Positions 1-9,217 of a stretch of 64,000 nt of DNA are shown piece after piece. Made by a program: the position numbers and the translations under genes. Position 1 is the first letter of the stretch; the number at the start of each line of letters is the position of its first letter. The notes below the pieces were generated by a model. It had not been told where the DNA came from. It did no database searches and worked only from the letters and a program-made list of their open reading frames with translations. This DNA is from Spirochaetota bacterium (GTDB lineage: Bacteria; Spirochaetota; Spirochaetia; Treponematales; Treponemataceae). The stretch covers positions 77,214 to 141,213 of the forward strand of contig JAEZST010000018.1 of assembly GCA_023443865.1 (NCBI GenBank), read 5' to 3'.

Positions 1-76
1 CTACCGCGAACCGCGCCACCAGTTCCTTCTGGGCCGCGGCGCTCAGGGCGCCCGCGCTCGCTTTCTCATTGGGCAT
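1..76 (-). CDS. Partial CDS. Only the N-terminal ~25 codons (MPNEKASAGALSAAAQKELVARFAV...) are inside the window; the gene continues leftwards off the edge. Product unknown.
   Basis: ATG at 76..74 on the minus strand opens a frame that runs off the window start. It overlaps the 3' end of aroDE by ~11 nt. It is absent from the ORF track because it is incomplete. Confidence 0.3.
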   Translation of the reverse strand, partial: MPNEKASAGALSAAAQKELVARFAV

Positions 77-1553
77 ATTCAACTCCCGTGAACATTTCGT
101 ATTGTATATAGGCCTGATATTGCAGCATGGTATACCCGTTGCAGGTCTTGCAGCCCGCCTTTTCGGCGCGGCGGAGCATCTTCGTCTTTTCGGGATTGTA
201 AATCACGTCGTACACGTACTCGGTGCCGTTAAAGGCGTAGAAGTCAATGGGATCGTCCTCGAGATCGGGGAACATTCCGACGCTGGTGGTCTGCACGATC
301 AGGTCCGAATAGTTTTCGAGCGTGATCCGGTTTCCCGCGTCCAGCGTGGCCCACTTGAAGTTGTACTTTTGGGCGAGCTCCCGGGCCTTGTCGGTGGTAC
401 GGTTGAACACGCAGGCCTTGCCGCCCAGTTCCCATACCACGTGCGCGATGGCCTTTGCCGCGCCTCCCGCTCCCACTATGGCCACCTTCATCCGCTTGAG
501 GTCCTTCCTGCCGAGGAATTCGAGGAGCGCCCTGCTGAATCCCGGCGCGTCGGTGTTGTAGCCGTGCCAGGCGTCGCCCTGCTTCAGGATGGTATTGCAG
601 GCCCCGATCTCTCCCGTTTGGGCGGAGATTTGGTCCAGGTTCGGTATTACCGATTCCTTGAACGGATGCGTGACCGAAAGCCCGCCGATTCCCGTTTCTT
701 CGGCGAAGTCGATGGCCTCGTCCACGTTTTCCGCCTTGATGGGTACGTATACCGCGTCGATGCCTTGCTTGCGGTATTCTGCGTTATGGATAAGCGGGCT
801 CGACGTGATGGTAAGGGGGTTTCCCGTTATGCCGAAGACGCGGGTTTTAGGGCCCAGGTTGCGGATATTGTAAATTTCGTTAAGGGTGATGGGATCGAGC
901 TGGCCCAGGATATTCTCGCTCTTCCGCACGTTCTCCTCGCTCGTTACGTACACGATCGAAGAGCCGATGATCGGCGCGAGAATGCGCGAGGGCATGCCGT
1001 AGGTCCCCATGGCGATGAGTATGTAATCGTCTCCCTCGCATTGCTTGGCCTCGTGAAAGAGCCGGGTTACGTCGGAAAGGTTTCGGGGCATGAAGGCGAT
1101 TTTCGCTATTTCGTCCTTCGTTCTCCTGAGTTTCTGGACCCTGGAGCGAAGGTCGCCCACGGGGCCGTTCATATCGTGCACGCTACGGATTATCTTGGTG
1201 CCGAAAGCCCGGGCGGCTTCCTCGATGCTGGGTACCGCGAGGTCCTCTTCCAGGTCGATGTAGGCGAAGTTTTTGCGGTGGTCCGTGTCGGCGAACGCGA
1301 GGCCCCGGGCAAGGAGGGCGATTCGCGAGCCCTCCCCCTCGGCGAATTTGCCCCCGTCCGAGGTACGGCGAATCGTCAGGACGCAGGGAAGGGCGGCCAT
1401 TTCCGGGAATCGGCGGAATTTCAGCCGTTCTTCCGGGATCAGGCAGTCCACGCGAAGTTCCGCGATATCGATCCACGACCGGTAGAGCTCCACCAGGGCC
1501 AAATTTTCGTGGATGGTGGGAGCCGTCAGTACCAGGCAAATTTTCGTTTTCAT
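66..1553 (-). CDS. aroDE: Bifunctional 3-dehydroquinate dehydratase (type I) / shikimate 5-dehydrogenase, an AroD-AroE fusion.
   Basis: The 495-aa product has an N-terminal type I DHQase-like half and a C-terminal half with the shikimate dehydrogenase Rossmann motif IVGAGGAAKAIAHVV and NTDAPGF. Confidence 0.85.
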   Translation of the reverse strand: MKTKICLVLTAPTIHENLALVELYRSWIDIAELRVDCLIPEERLKFRRFPEMAALPCVLTIRRTSDGGKFAEGEGSRIALLARGLAFADTDHRKNFAYIDLEEDLAVPSIEEAARAFGTKIIRSVHDMNGPVGDLRSRVQKLRRTKDEIAKIAFMPRNLSDVTRLFHEAKQCEGDDYILIAMGTYGMPSRILAPIIGSSIVYVTSEENVRKSENILGQLDPITLNEIYNIRNLGPKTRVFGITGNPLTITSSPLIHNAEYRKQGIDAVYVPIKAENVDEAIDFAEETGIGGLSVTHPFKESVIPNLDQISAQTGEIGACNTILKQGDAWHGYNTDAPGFSRALLEFLGRKDLKRMKVAIVGAGGAAKAIAHVVWELGGKACVFNRTTDKARELAQKYNFKWATLDAGNRITLENYSDLIVQTTSVGMFPDLEDDPIDFYAFNGTEYVYDVIYNPEKTKMLRRAEKAGCKTCNGYTMLQYQAYIQYEMFTGVEYAQ

Positions 1554-1566
1554 GGGAAGGAGTATA

Positions 1567-1601
1567 CAAAAAAAGGGCGCCCGCGTTCAACGCCGGCGCC
1601 C
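1567..1601 (-). terminator. Intrinsic terminator after the PASTA gene. On the minus strand the hairpin GGGCGCCGGCGTTGAACGCGGGCGCCC is followed by a T7-8 tract.
   Basis: GC-rich inverted repeat 1575..1601 immediately followed by an A-run on the plus strand (1568..1574), which is a T-run on the minus strand. It lies between the stop of the 1617..2729 gene and the start of aroDE. Confidence 0.5.
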
Positions 1602-1616
1602 TTCGGTTCGCTCGTA

Positions 1617-2729
1617 TTATTCTGATCGGGGCGAAGCTTCCGCGCCCACGGCGCTCATGCCCGCCGTTCCGTCGCCGGCGTTTTCCCCGGCCTTTATTTC
1701 CCAGGTACCCGTTTCCTTGTTCAGGATATTCAATGAAAGTACGGTTCCCTCGCTCAGGGCGTAGGGGAAGCTCAAGGGCCCGCCCGGATGCTTAAAGGAA
1801 GCGAGCGTTCGGCGCTCGCCGTTTGCGTTCACCGCGTCCACGCGGATTTGGAAGGGGTAGGGGTATTCGGGCAATACCTCGCTGAAAATTCCGTATACGC
1901 GCCCGTCGGTAGGGGTAACCGGCATGGCCACCACCGCCGCCACGCGCGAGAAGGCGTTGACCCGCGAGCCCTCGGCGGGCAGTTGGGACACTACCGTTCC
2001 CGCCCGCTCCATTCCTTCGGGAGCCCGCGCGGTAAAGTCGTACACCACGTCGCTGGAACCGAGCATGCCCAGTACCTCGCCGATGGAAAGCCCCGCGATT
2101 TCCGGAACCGTCACCTTGTTGTTTTCGGGGCCGCGGCTGATCACCAGGGAAACCTGCACCGGCGCGGTGATGGGGGTATCCGGCGGCGGGTCCTGCTCCA
2201 GGACGGTACCGGCGCCCGCCGTGCTGAACCGGTACAGGGGCGGTTCGGCTATGACGATAAGGGGCGACGACATGGACGTGAAAAGGCTTTGCAGGTGAAT
2301 CTTCACGTCGTCGACGTTCTGGCCGATGAAATTTTCCACCCGGTCCACGATGATACCCCGGCTCACGACCAGATTGATCCTTCGGCCCGCCTTGACGATA
2401 GAGCCCGCCGCGGGGCTTTGCTCGAGTATCGCGCCCTTGTCGTCGGTTTTATCCGAGTATTTAAGCTGAATTTTCGGGTACAGTTCCTTGGCCTGCATTT
2501 CCATCATGGCGACGGAAAGGTCCTTCCCCGTAACGTTCGGGACCATGACCTGCTCGCTGCCTTTCAGGGAAAGGAAAAAAACGACCACCGACGCGGCGAC
2601 CGCCAGGGCGAGGGTCGTGATGGCGGTAATGACGATGACGCGGGCGTTTCGGGCGAACGCCTCCAGCGCCTCGTCAAGGTTGAACGGAATCCTGGGGAAA
2701 TTCGAAAAATCGGGCAATTTTAATCTCAT
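1617..2729 (-). CDS. PASTA-domain membrane protein: an N-terminal transmembrane helix followed by several PASTA-like repeats, with no kinase or PBP domain.
   Basis: 370-aa ORF with an N-terminal hydrophobic segment, then repeated ~65-aa modules containing the VP(N/E)(V/I)xG...A motif (VPNVTGKDLSVA, VPEIAGLSIGEV). It lies downstream of fmt on the same strand. Confidence 0.55.
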   Translation of the reverse strand: MRLKLPDFSNFPRIPFNLDEALEAFARNARVIVITAITTLALAVAASVVVFFLSLKGSEQVMVPNVTGKDLSVAMMEMQAKELYPKIQLKYSDKTDDKGAILEQSPAAGSIVKAGRRINLVVSRGIIVDRVENFIGQNVDDVKIHLQSLFTSMSSPLIVIAEPPLYRFSTAGAGTVLEQDPPPDTPITAPVQVSLVISRGPENNKVTVPEIAGLSIGEVLGMLGSSDVVYDFTARAPEGMERAGTVVSQLPAEGSRVNAFSRVAAVVAMPVTPTDGRVYGIFSEVLPEYPYPFQIRVDAVNANGERRTLASFKHPGGPLSFPYALSEGTVLSLNILNKETGTWEIKAGENAGDGTAGMSAVGAEASPRSE

Positions 2730-2741
2730 TATTCGTTCCTT

Positions 2742-3716
2742 TTATTCCTGGGCCATGGAGCCAAGCAGGGTTCCCGCGAAATCGCGGCTGCCGTTTATGA
2801 AGGATTTCCAGTCGAGGACCTTTTTGGTCCGCCATTGAAGGGTTCGTAGGGCAAGCAGTCCCTCTCCCGTTTGTACCAGAATTCCCTTTTGTTTGTCTAT
2901 TCCGACCACGGTACCGGGTTTCGCCGCGGGCGGATCGCCCGCGGTCGCTACCGGAACCGCTTCGTGGATAATCAACACCGCGTCGCCGGCGGAGGTATAG
3001 GCTCCCGGCCAGGGCGTAAAGGCCCGAACGAGGGCATCGATTTCCGGGGCAGTCCGGCTCCAGTCAATCTCCCCGTCTTCCTTTTTCAGTTCGGCGCAAT
3101 ACGTCGGCTCTCCCGATTGGGGCCGGGCGACGGCCTCCCCCCGATCGATGAGGCGGAGCGCCTCTACCATGAGGGGCGCTCCCTCGACGGCCGCCCGCTC
3201 CAGGAGGCTTCCAGCGGTTTCGGTGCCGTTCAGGGAAAACCGGGTTTGGATAAGGATATCGCCCTCGTCCATACCGAGTGACATCAATTGAACGGTAATG
3301 CCGGTTTCCGCGTCCCGCGCGAGAATGCTCGCCGGTACCGGAGTGCTTCCCCTCCAGCGGGGCAGAAGGGAGGGATGCAGGTTGATCGCGCCCTTGGGAT
3401 AGAGCGCGAGGGATTTAGGCCCGAAAATCTTGCCGTAGGCGAAGCAGGCCAGTACGTCGGGCTTGCGGGCCGCTATCGCGTCCCGGGTTTCCTGGGTGAT
3501 CTTCTCGGGGGTTAAAACGGGCGTATCCGGCTCAATGAGCCCCTCGGCCCTGAGCCGTTCTGCGGCGGCCGCGACCGGAGTGGGCACAAGCTCCCTGGAT
3601 CGGCCCTTGGCGGAGCTGGGATTGGTAAGAACGGCGACGATACGGTGCGCGCCCGCGATCGCCTCAAGACTGGGTACCGCGCATTCGGGCGACCCGGCGA
3701 AAACGACGTTTAGCAC
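2742..3716 (-). CDS. fmt: Methionyl-tRNA formyltransferase.
   Basis: 324-aa product with a formyl-transferase N-domain (VVFAGSPECAVPSLEA, HPSLLPRWRG) and a C-terminal domain. Classic def-fmt arrangement, 2-nt gap to def. Confidence 0.9.
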   Translation of the reverse strand: MLNVVFAGSPECAVPSLEAIAGAHRIVAVLTNPSSAKGRSRELVPTPVAAAAERLRAEGLIEPDTPVLTPEKITQETRDAIAARKPDVLACFAYGKIFGPKSLALYPKGAINLHPSLLPRWRGSTPVPASILARDAETGITVQLMSLGMDEGDILIQTRFSLNGTETAGSLLERAAVEGAPLMVEALRLIDRGEAVARPQSGEPTYCAELKKEDGEIDWSRTAPEIDALVRAFTPWPGAYTSAGDAVLIIHEAVPVATAGDPPAAKPGTVVGIDKQKGILVQTGEGLLALRTLQWRTKKVLDWKSFINGSRDFAGTLLGSMAQE

Positions 3717-3718
3717 CG

Positions 3719-4213
3719 TTACAGAGCGTCCTTTTGGGCTTTTTTGAGGAACTTTTCCTCGATTTTCGCCTTCTTTGCCGGGTCTATGCGGTCTATGAAC
3801 AGCACGCCCTCAAGGTGATCGTATTCATGCTGGATTACCCGGGCAAGAAAGCCGTCGGCTTCCAGGGTGAACCGTCGGCCGTTTTCGTTTCTGGCCTGAA
3901 CCGTTATCCGTTCCGGGCGTATGACGTCTTCGTAGTATTTGGGGATGCTCAGGCATCCTTCTTCGTAAGAACACGTTTCTTGTGAGGTCTCGATAATCTG
4001 CGGATTGATGAAAACGCGTTTGACCCCGTCATCGGCCTTGAGGACGAACATGCGGATGCTTTTCCCGATTTGGGGCGCCGCTAGGCCGACTCCGTCGGCT
4101 TTTTCCATGGTAGCGAACATTTCCGTCGCCAGGGCGCGTATTTCATCGGTTATTTCCCCTACGGGAACCGCTTTCTCGCGCAAGGTCTCGTTTCCGAGTC
4201 GTAAAACTTCCAT
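3719..4213 (-). CDS. def: Peptide deformylase. The track ORF extends to 4681, but the N-terminal 156 codons are a low-complexity Ser-rich read-through. The start is placed at MEVLRLGN.
   Basis: Def motifs are all present: GVGLAAPQIG (motif 1), EGCLSIP (motif 2), HEYDHLEG (motif 3). Length of ~164 aa from the internal ATG is typical. Confidence 0.85.
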   Translation of the reverse strand: MEVLRLGNETLREKAVPVGEITDEIRALATEMFATMEKADGVGLAAPQIGKSIRMFVLKADDGVKRVFINPQIIETSQETCSYEEGCLSIPKYYEDVIRPERITVQARNENGRRFTLEADGFLARVIQHEYDHLEGVLFIDRIDPAKKAKIEEKFLKKAQKDAL

Positions 4214-4367
4214 ACCGTTAAAGTACCCAATCAGGAGGCCTCTGGTCAAGGTTTGACGTTTCGCCCCTCCCGGCGCGTCCTTCAATGAGAGTGCCGATCC
4301 TGAAGCCCGACTGTCCTTCCGTAAGGGATACTCTTGACCAAGGCGGGCAAAAAATCCATAGTGAGGT

Positions 4368-4937
4368 ATGCAAACTTCTGTCTTCGAGAATGACATATCA
4401 ATGCCCGATGTCGTGAAAACCGCGGTAACCGAGGCCTTACCCTCCTTTATCGAGGCCCGTACCGATATCGATCTCGCCCCGCTTGCCGTGCGCATCGCCG
4501 CGGCCTTCAGCGCCCAGGACGATTTTAAGGCCGTCATGTCGGACAAGAATGAATCCCGTGATGAGGCGGAGAGGAAGCTTGTTGCCAGTTTCGAGAGGAA
4601 TCTCGAGCTGCTCGTCCAGAAAACCTGGGTCGAGAAGGCTGACGAGACCATGAAAGAGGAAATGCTGCTGAGAATCGACACGCTCTGCCATAACCTCGTT
4701 ACCTACGATTATCATCGGGCCCTGTCCGAATTCCTTCCGGTCCTGCACGACGTGGTGTATCTGCTGTTCGGTTCCCTCGCAAAGCAATCTTCCTTTTTGG
4801 AATACGCGGTGCGCATCGATCCGGATTTCGGCTTCTTCTGGTACTACATAAACAGTTTACCGGCCCACGACGCGTGGTCCGAGGAAAAATGCCGCGCCGC
4901 GGTTTTGCTGGGAATATTCTTTCTGGCCAATTTCTAA
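4368..4937 (+). CDS. Hypothetical protein (189 aa). Divergent from def.
   Basis: Complete ORF with plausible coding composition. I do not recognise a family. Confidence 0.45.
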   Translation: MQTSVFENDISMPDVVKTAVTEALPSFIEARTDIDLAPLAVRIAAAFSAQDDFKAVMSDKNESRDEAERKLVASFERNLELLVQKTWVEKADETMKEEMLLRIDTLCHNLVTYDYHRALSEFLPVLHDVVYLLFGSLAKQSSFLEYAVRIDPDFGFFWYYINSLPAHDAWSEEKCRAAVLLGIFFLANF

Positions 4938-4989
4938 CGGCTTTCTACGTATTGCGCCCTTTGTAAGGCGCGACTTCAAGGAGAGACCC

Positions 4990-6294
4990 ATGAATCTCGA
5001 CTCCTTATGCGATGAACTACGGTCTGCCGCTTCGAGCCTTTCGTTGCGGACCGCGGAAGAGAAAAACAGGGCCCTTCTCGCCGTAGCCGAAGCGTTGGAC
5101 GCCCACCGCGCCGAAATTCTTTCGGCCAACGGGCGCGACGTGGCCAAGGCCCGCGCGGGCGGAATGCGGGACAGCCTCCTCGCCCGGCTCTCCCTTTCCG
5201 ACGCGGGCCTGAACGAGATTATCGATTCCCTTCACGTACTTATCGAGCAAACCGATCCCATCGGGGAGGTCATTTCGGGCTGGAAAGTGCCCAACGGCCT
5301 CGAGATTCGCCAGGTTCGCGTACCGCTCGGCGTAATCGCGGTCATTTATGAATCCCGCCCCAACGTGACCGTGGACGTTTTTGCCCTGGCCTATAAAAGC
5401 TCGAACGCGGTCTTGCTCCGGGGCAGTTCCTCCGCCCTGGAATCGAACCGGGCCCTCCTTAAGGCCATAAAGGCGGGGCTTACCGCTTCCGGCGGGGAAA
5501 ACCGCGCCGTCGCCCTTTCGGAGCCCGCCACGGAGGGGGACAATACCCACGCCGACGTGGACTGGATACTGAACGCCGTGGGCAAGATCGACGTGGTGCT
5601 CCCCCGGGGCGGCGCCGCGCTGATCCAGCGGGTCGTGGCGAACGCCAAGGTACCGGTGATAGAGACCGGCGCGGGAACCTGCCACGTATACGTAGACGAG
5701 TCGGCCGACGCGGACATGGCCGTGGACATAATCGAAAACGCGAAAATCCAGAAACCCGGAGCCTGCAACGCCCTGGAATGCCTCTTGGTCCATTCCTCCC
5801 GCGCCGCGGAGGTGCTGCCGAAGGTATTGGCGTCTTTCGGGAAATACGAAGCCAAGACTGGCCGTTCGGGAGGCGTGGAAATGCGCTGCGACGAACGCGC
5901 CCTCTCCCTGCTTTCCTCGGGCGGCGCCCGCCCGGCGAACGTTATTCCGGCCGTCGAATCGGACTGGGGCATGGAATTCCTCGATTATATATTCGCCGTC
6001 CGCGTCGTTGATTCCCTGAACGAGGCGATCGCCTACGTCAACGCCCACAATACGAAGCATTCAGAGGTTATTATCACCGAAAACCGCGCCAATGCCCGTG
6101 CCTTCCAGAGCCGGGTCGACGCGGCCTGCGTCTACGTGAACGCCTCGATCCGCTTTACCGACGGCGGTCAGTTCGGCATGGGCGCGGAGGTCGGAATCAG
6201 TACCCAAAAACTCCACGCCCGTGGCCCCATGGGCGTTACGGCGCTCACGACCATTAAATATCTCATCGAAGGTGAAGGCCAGGTCAGACCATGA
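4990..6294 (+). CDS. proA: Gamma-glutamyl phosphate reductase (glutamate-5-semialdehyde dehydrogenase).
   Basis: 434-aa aldehyde dehydrogenase-fold protein with ProA-typical segments (VIYESRPNVTVD, LLRGSS). RBS AAGGAGAG upstream. Its stop overlaps the proB start (ATGA). Confidence 0.9.
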   Translation: MNLDSLCDELRSAASSLSLRTAEEKNRALLAVAEALDAHRAEILSANGRDVAKARAGGMRDSLLARLSLSDAGLNEIIDSLHVLIEQTDPIGEVISGWKVPNGLEIRQVRVPLGVIAVIYESRPNVTVDVFALAYKSSNAVLLRGSSSALESNRALLKAIKAGLTASGGENRAVALSEPATEGDNTHADVDWILNAVGKIDVVLPRGGAALIQRVVANAKVPVIETGAGTCHVYVDESADADMAVDIIENAKIQKPGACNALECLLVHSSRAAEVLPKVLASFGKYEAKTGRSGGVEMRCDERALSLLSSGGARPANVIPAVESDWGMEFLDYIFAVRVVDSLNEAIAYVNAHNTKHSEVIITENRANARAFQSRVDAACVYVNASIRFTDGGQFGMGAEVGISTQKLHARGPMGVTALTTIKYLIEGEGQVRP

Positions 6295-7085
6295 TACCGA
6301 AAGTCATCGCGGATGCCCGCAAGATCGTCATCAAGGTAGGGTCGAATACCCTCGCCATGGGCGACGGGACCATGAATCGCGCGTTCATGGCCGATTTTGC
6401 CGAGCAATGCGCCAATCTCGTCAAATCGGGCAAGCAGATCGTGCTCGTCTCCTCCGGCGCGCAGGTAGCGGGGGTTTCCACCCTGGACCGTTGGGCCCGA
6501 AAGAGGGACATTCACTACCGCCAGGCACTGTGCGCCATCGGGCAGGTGGAACTCATGCAGAACTGGCGCGAGGCCTTCGCGGCCCGCGACTTGCATATCG
6601 GGCAGCTCCTCCTTACCCGGGAAGATTTCAACGACGATCAGCGTACCCTGAACATGCGCAACACGATCTTTACCCTCGTGGACGAAGGGGTGATCCCGAT
6701 AATCAACGAAAACGATTCGGTATCGTACGAGGAAATCAGGATCGGCGACAACGACAACCTGTCTGCCCTCACGGCCATCCTGTGGAGCGCCGACCTCTTG
6801 ATCCTTTTCAGCGATATAGACGGGGTTTACGACAAGAACCCGAAAGAGCACGCCGACGCCCGGCATATCGGCGAGGTATCCGACCTGAACGATCTGCGTT
6901 CGGGCATTACGATCGGCGCGACCAACAGTTTCGGAACCGGCGGCATCGCCACCAAGCTTGAGGCCGCCGAGAAGGTTACCTCCTACGGCATACCCATGCT
7001 TTTGGCCAACGGGTCCCAGGGGCGGTGCCTCGAGGGCCTCGCGAACGGGACGAACCGGGGAACCGTGTTTCTCGCGCGGGACTGA
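6291..7085 (+). CDS. proB: Glutamate 5-kinase (short form, no PUA domain).
   Basis: 264-aa amino-acid kinase fold (KIVIKVGSNTL, VLVSSGA). Translationally coupled to proA. Confidence 0.9.
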   Translation: MIPKVIADARKIVIKVGSNTLAMGDGTMNRAFMADFAEQCANLVKSGKQIVLVSSGAQVAGVSTLDRWARKRDIHYRQALCAIGQVELMQNWREAFAARDLHIGQLLLTREDFNDDQRTLNMRNTIFTLVDEGVIPIINENDSVSYEEIRIGDNDNLSALTAILWSADLLILFSDIDGVYDKNPKEHADARHIGEVSDLNDLRSGITIGATNSFGTGGIATKLEAAEKVTSYGIPMLLANGSQGRCLEGLANGTNRGTVFLARD

Positions 7086-7115
7086 TACTTTTTTCGGAGA
7101 AGGGGATACGGACAG

Positions 7116-7919
7116 ATGGAAAAAAAGACGGCAGGATGCATCGGAACGGGAGTGATGGGCTCGGCGCTCATGAACGCGGTGGCCAAGGTCGCGGGGGGCG
7201 CTCAGGTGCTCGTTCGCGACGCGGACCCGGACCGGACCCGCGAATTCTGCCGATCGTCCGGCTGCGTACCGGCCCAAACCAATCGAGAAATCGCCTCGTC
7301 GGTCCGCTACCTTTTTATCGCCGTGAAGCCCCAATACCTGAAAGCCGCGCTTGAGGAATTCGCCCCCGCGCTCGATTCCTCCACCGTGGTGGTTTCCATG
7401 GCCGCGGGGGTAAAAATCGAGGCAATCCGCGCCTTCCTCGGGGGGCACGCCAAGATCGTCAGGATCATGCCGAACACGCCCGCCGCGGTCGGTTCCGGCA
7501 TGATCGCCATCGCCCCCGACGCCTCCGTTACCGAGGGGGAAACCCGCGAGCTTCAGCGACTGCTTGCCGCCGCGGGCCTGACTGAACTGACCGGCGAATC
7601 CCTGATGGACGCCGTCACCGCCGTTTCCGGCTCCGGCCCCGCCTATGCCTACCTTTTTACCGAAGCCCTGGCCGACGCCGGGGTTCGCATGGGCATGCCC
7701 CGCGCCCAGGCGATCCGTTACGCCGCCCAAACCCTGAAGGGCGCGGCGGAAATGGTCCTCCAGACCGGTCAGCACCCCGGCGCCCTCAAGGATTCGGTAT
7801 GCTCCCCTGCCGGAACGACCATAGCGGCGGTGACCAAGCTGGAAGAGAAGGGTTTCCGGCATGCCGTGATCGAGGGCGCAATGGCCGCCTGGGAACGATC
7901 GCGGGAATTGGGAAAATAG
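7116..7919 (+). CDS. proC: Pyrroline-5-carboxylate reductase.
   Basis: 267-aa product with an N-terminal NADP-binding GxGxMG motif (IGTGVMGSAL) and a P5CR C-terminal dimerisation region. Completes the proABC operon. Confidence 0.9.
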   Translation: MEKKTAGCIGTGVMGSALMNAVAKVAGGAQVLVRDADPDRTREFCRSSGCVPAQTNREIASSVRYLFIAVKPQYLKAALEEFAPALDSSTVVVSMAAGVKIEAIRAFLGGHAKIVRIMPNTPAAVGSGMIAIAPDASVTEGETRELQRLLAAAGLTELTGESLMDAVTAVSGSGPAYAYLFTEALADAGVRMGMPRAQAIRYAAQTLKGAAEMVLQTGQHPGALKDSVCSPAGTTIAAVTKLEEKGFRHAVIEGAMAAWERSRELGK

Positions 7920-7937
7920 TTTTCTTTCGTCGATTGC

Positions 7938-8315
7938 CTAGAAATTCAACTCGAGGTATTTCGTTAAGAGGGTGAATAGTTGGGCTGGCTTGAAGGGTTT
8001 ATACAGATAATCCGAGATATAGGGTTGATGCTCGCGAATCGATTCGTCGGTGGTGTGCGTAGCCGTTTGGGCGATGACGGGGGCGGTAACCTCAAGTTCT
8101 GTCTTGATTTTTCGGGCGGCCTCATAGCCGTCCATTCGAGGCATGTGAATATCCATGAGGATTAGGGAATAATAATCTTTCGGCTTTGAGCCGCAAAGAT
8201 CCACGGATTCAACCCCGTCGGTCGCGAGTTCGTTTGGAATGCCAAACGATTCGAGAAGGCCCGTTAGAATTTCCGCATTTATCTCGTTGTCCTCAACAAC
8301 AAGTACTGGCGACAT
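7938..8315 (-). CDS. Stand-alone response-regulator receiver domain (CheY-like).
   Basis: 125 aa. Acidic pocket (VVEDNE), phospho-acceptor Asp in LILMDIHMP, conserved Lys in YLYKPF. Confidence 0.8.
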   Translation of the reverse strand: MSPVLVVEDNEINAEILTGLLESFGIPNELATDGVESVDLCGSKPKDYYSLILMDIHMPRMDGYEAARKIKTELEVTAPVIAQTATHTTDESIREHQPYISDYLYKPFKPAQLFTLLTKYLELNF

Positions 8316-8377
8316 ACGTTAGTAACCCACCTGAACAAATAATATATCCCAAATTTTCAAAACGTCAATGAGAAAAA

Positions 8378-9217
8378 TTACCAATATATTATCCGGAATC
8401 CTTCCTGAAAGGCGAATCCCTCGGAGATATACAGATTTTTCGCCGAAAAATTGTGTTTTTTCACGAAAAGGGCGATTTTTTTTCCTTTATCGAACCGATC
8501 AAGGCATAATTCCCTTAAAACAGATCGCGCATATCCGTTTCCGCGGTAATTTTTCGACGTATATACCCCCCCGATTTGGTCCCAGGCTAACCCTTGGGCG
8601 TTCGTCCCCGCCTTGGCCACGGGAAGACCGCCGATCCAGGCGGCATATATCCGTTGGGAGGAAAGTGTGGCCTTTAGCATGGCGCGACAGCGTTCAATCC
8701 GGAACGGTTCGCCGGGGAGAAGCACTTCCTCCCGCTCGTAGCCCTCCTGCAGGGGCAAGAGCGCTTCCAGGCTTTCGGGCCCCGCGCGGGAAACCGAAAG
8801 CCCCGGCTCTTCCCGTTTCGCGTTGCTGCCCTTCGGGGCGCTTTCCAGCGTAAGAAGGTCGTAATCCACGATGTGGCGGGGTTCTGCGCCGGCCATGGTT
8901 TCCAGCGTGGAGGTCTCGTCGAGGCTCCCGACGATGGCGGCGGGGCAATCGGCGAAGAGGTTCCGTACGATCTGGCTTTTCGCCTGAACGAGATCGAAAC
9001 CTTCGCGGACGCAGTGAAAGAGCATGCCCCCGGGCGTCGTTAGGAAAAGCGCCGCGATGCCCTCGTGCCCTTGCTCCGGATTCCCGAGAACCCATAGCGT
9101 TCCTTCGCCCGGACGATTAAGACGGCTGGAAAGGCCGACGCAGCGGAACTCCCGGGGTTCGAGGAACGCGAGGCACGAGCCGAGCTCTGACGGGGTAGCG
9201 GGCCGTAATCGGGTCAA
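8378..9217 (-). CDS. GNAT-family N-acetyltransferase (C-terminal acetyltransferase fold).
   Basis: The C-terminal ~90 aa resemble the GNAT acetyl-CoA binding region (YRGNGYARSVLRELCLDRF...). Its start overlaps the stop of the upstream GH3 gene (ATGA). Confidence 0.55.
   Translation of the reverse strand: MTRLRPATPSELGSCLAFLEPREFRCVGLSSRLNRPGEGTLWVLGNPEQGHEGIAALFLTTPGGMLFHCVREGFDLVQAKSQIVRNLFADCPAAIVGSLDETSTLETMAGAEPRHIVDYDLLTLESAPKGSNAKREEPGLSVSRAGPESLEALLPLQEGYEREEVLLPGEPFRIERCRAMLKATLSSQRIYAAWIGGLPVAKAGTNAQGLAWDQIGGVYTSKNYRGNGYARSVLRELCLDRFDKGKKIALFVKKHNFSAKNLYISEGFAFQEGFRIIYW

Noticed and set aside
69-1625. 518-aa plus-strand ORF antisense to aroDE, and many similar long ORFs (e.g. 5017..6060, 6168..7862, 22791..23702, 24674..25819, 25791..26867, 30793..31953, 31029..32234, 39197..39865, 45619..46884, 47676..48754, 58944..60233).
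   Set aside because: They are Arg/Gly/Pro-rich low-complexity translations typical of antisense or out-of-frame reading in 65% GC DNA. They overlap well-supported genes on the other strand or frame and have no recognisable motifs.
4214-4681. N-terminal 156 codons of the track ORF for def (Ser-rich MSILSSISSFMVSS...).
   Set aside because: Peptide deformylase is ~165 aa. All Def motifs lie downstream of the internal ATG at 4213, and the extension is low-complexity read-through of the divergent promoter region.
8368-8853. 161-aa plus-strand ORF overlapping the GNAT gene 3' region, and small ORFs such as 7980..8165, 8186..8371, 9024..9221.
   Set aside because: They overlap better-supported genes, have no RBS and no recognisable motifs.
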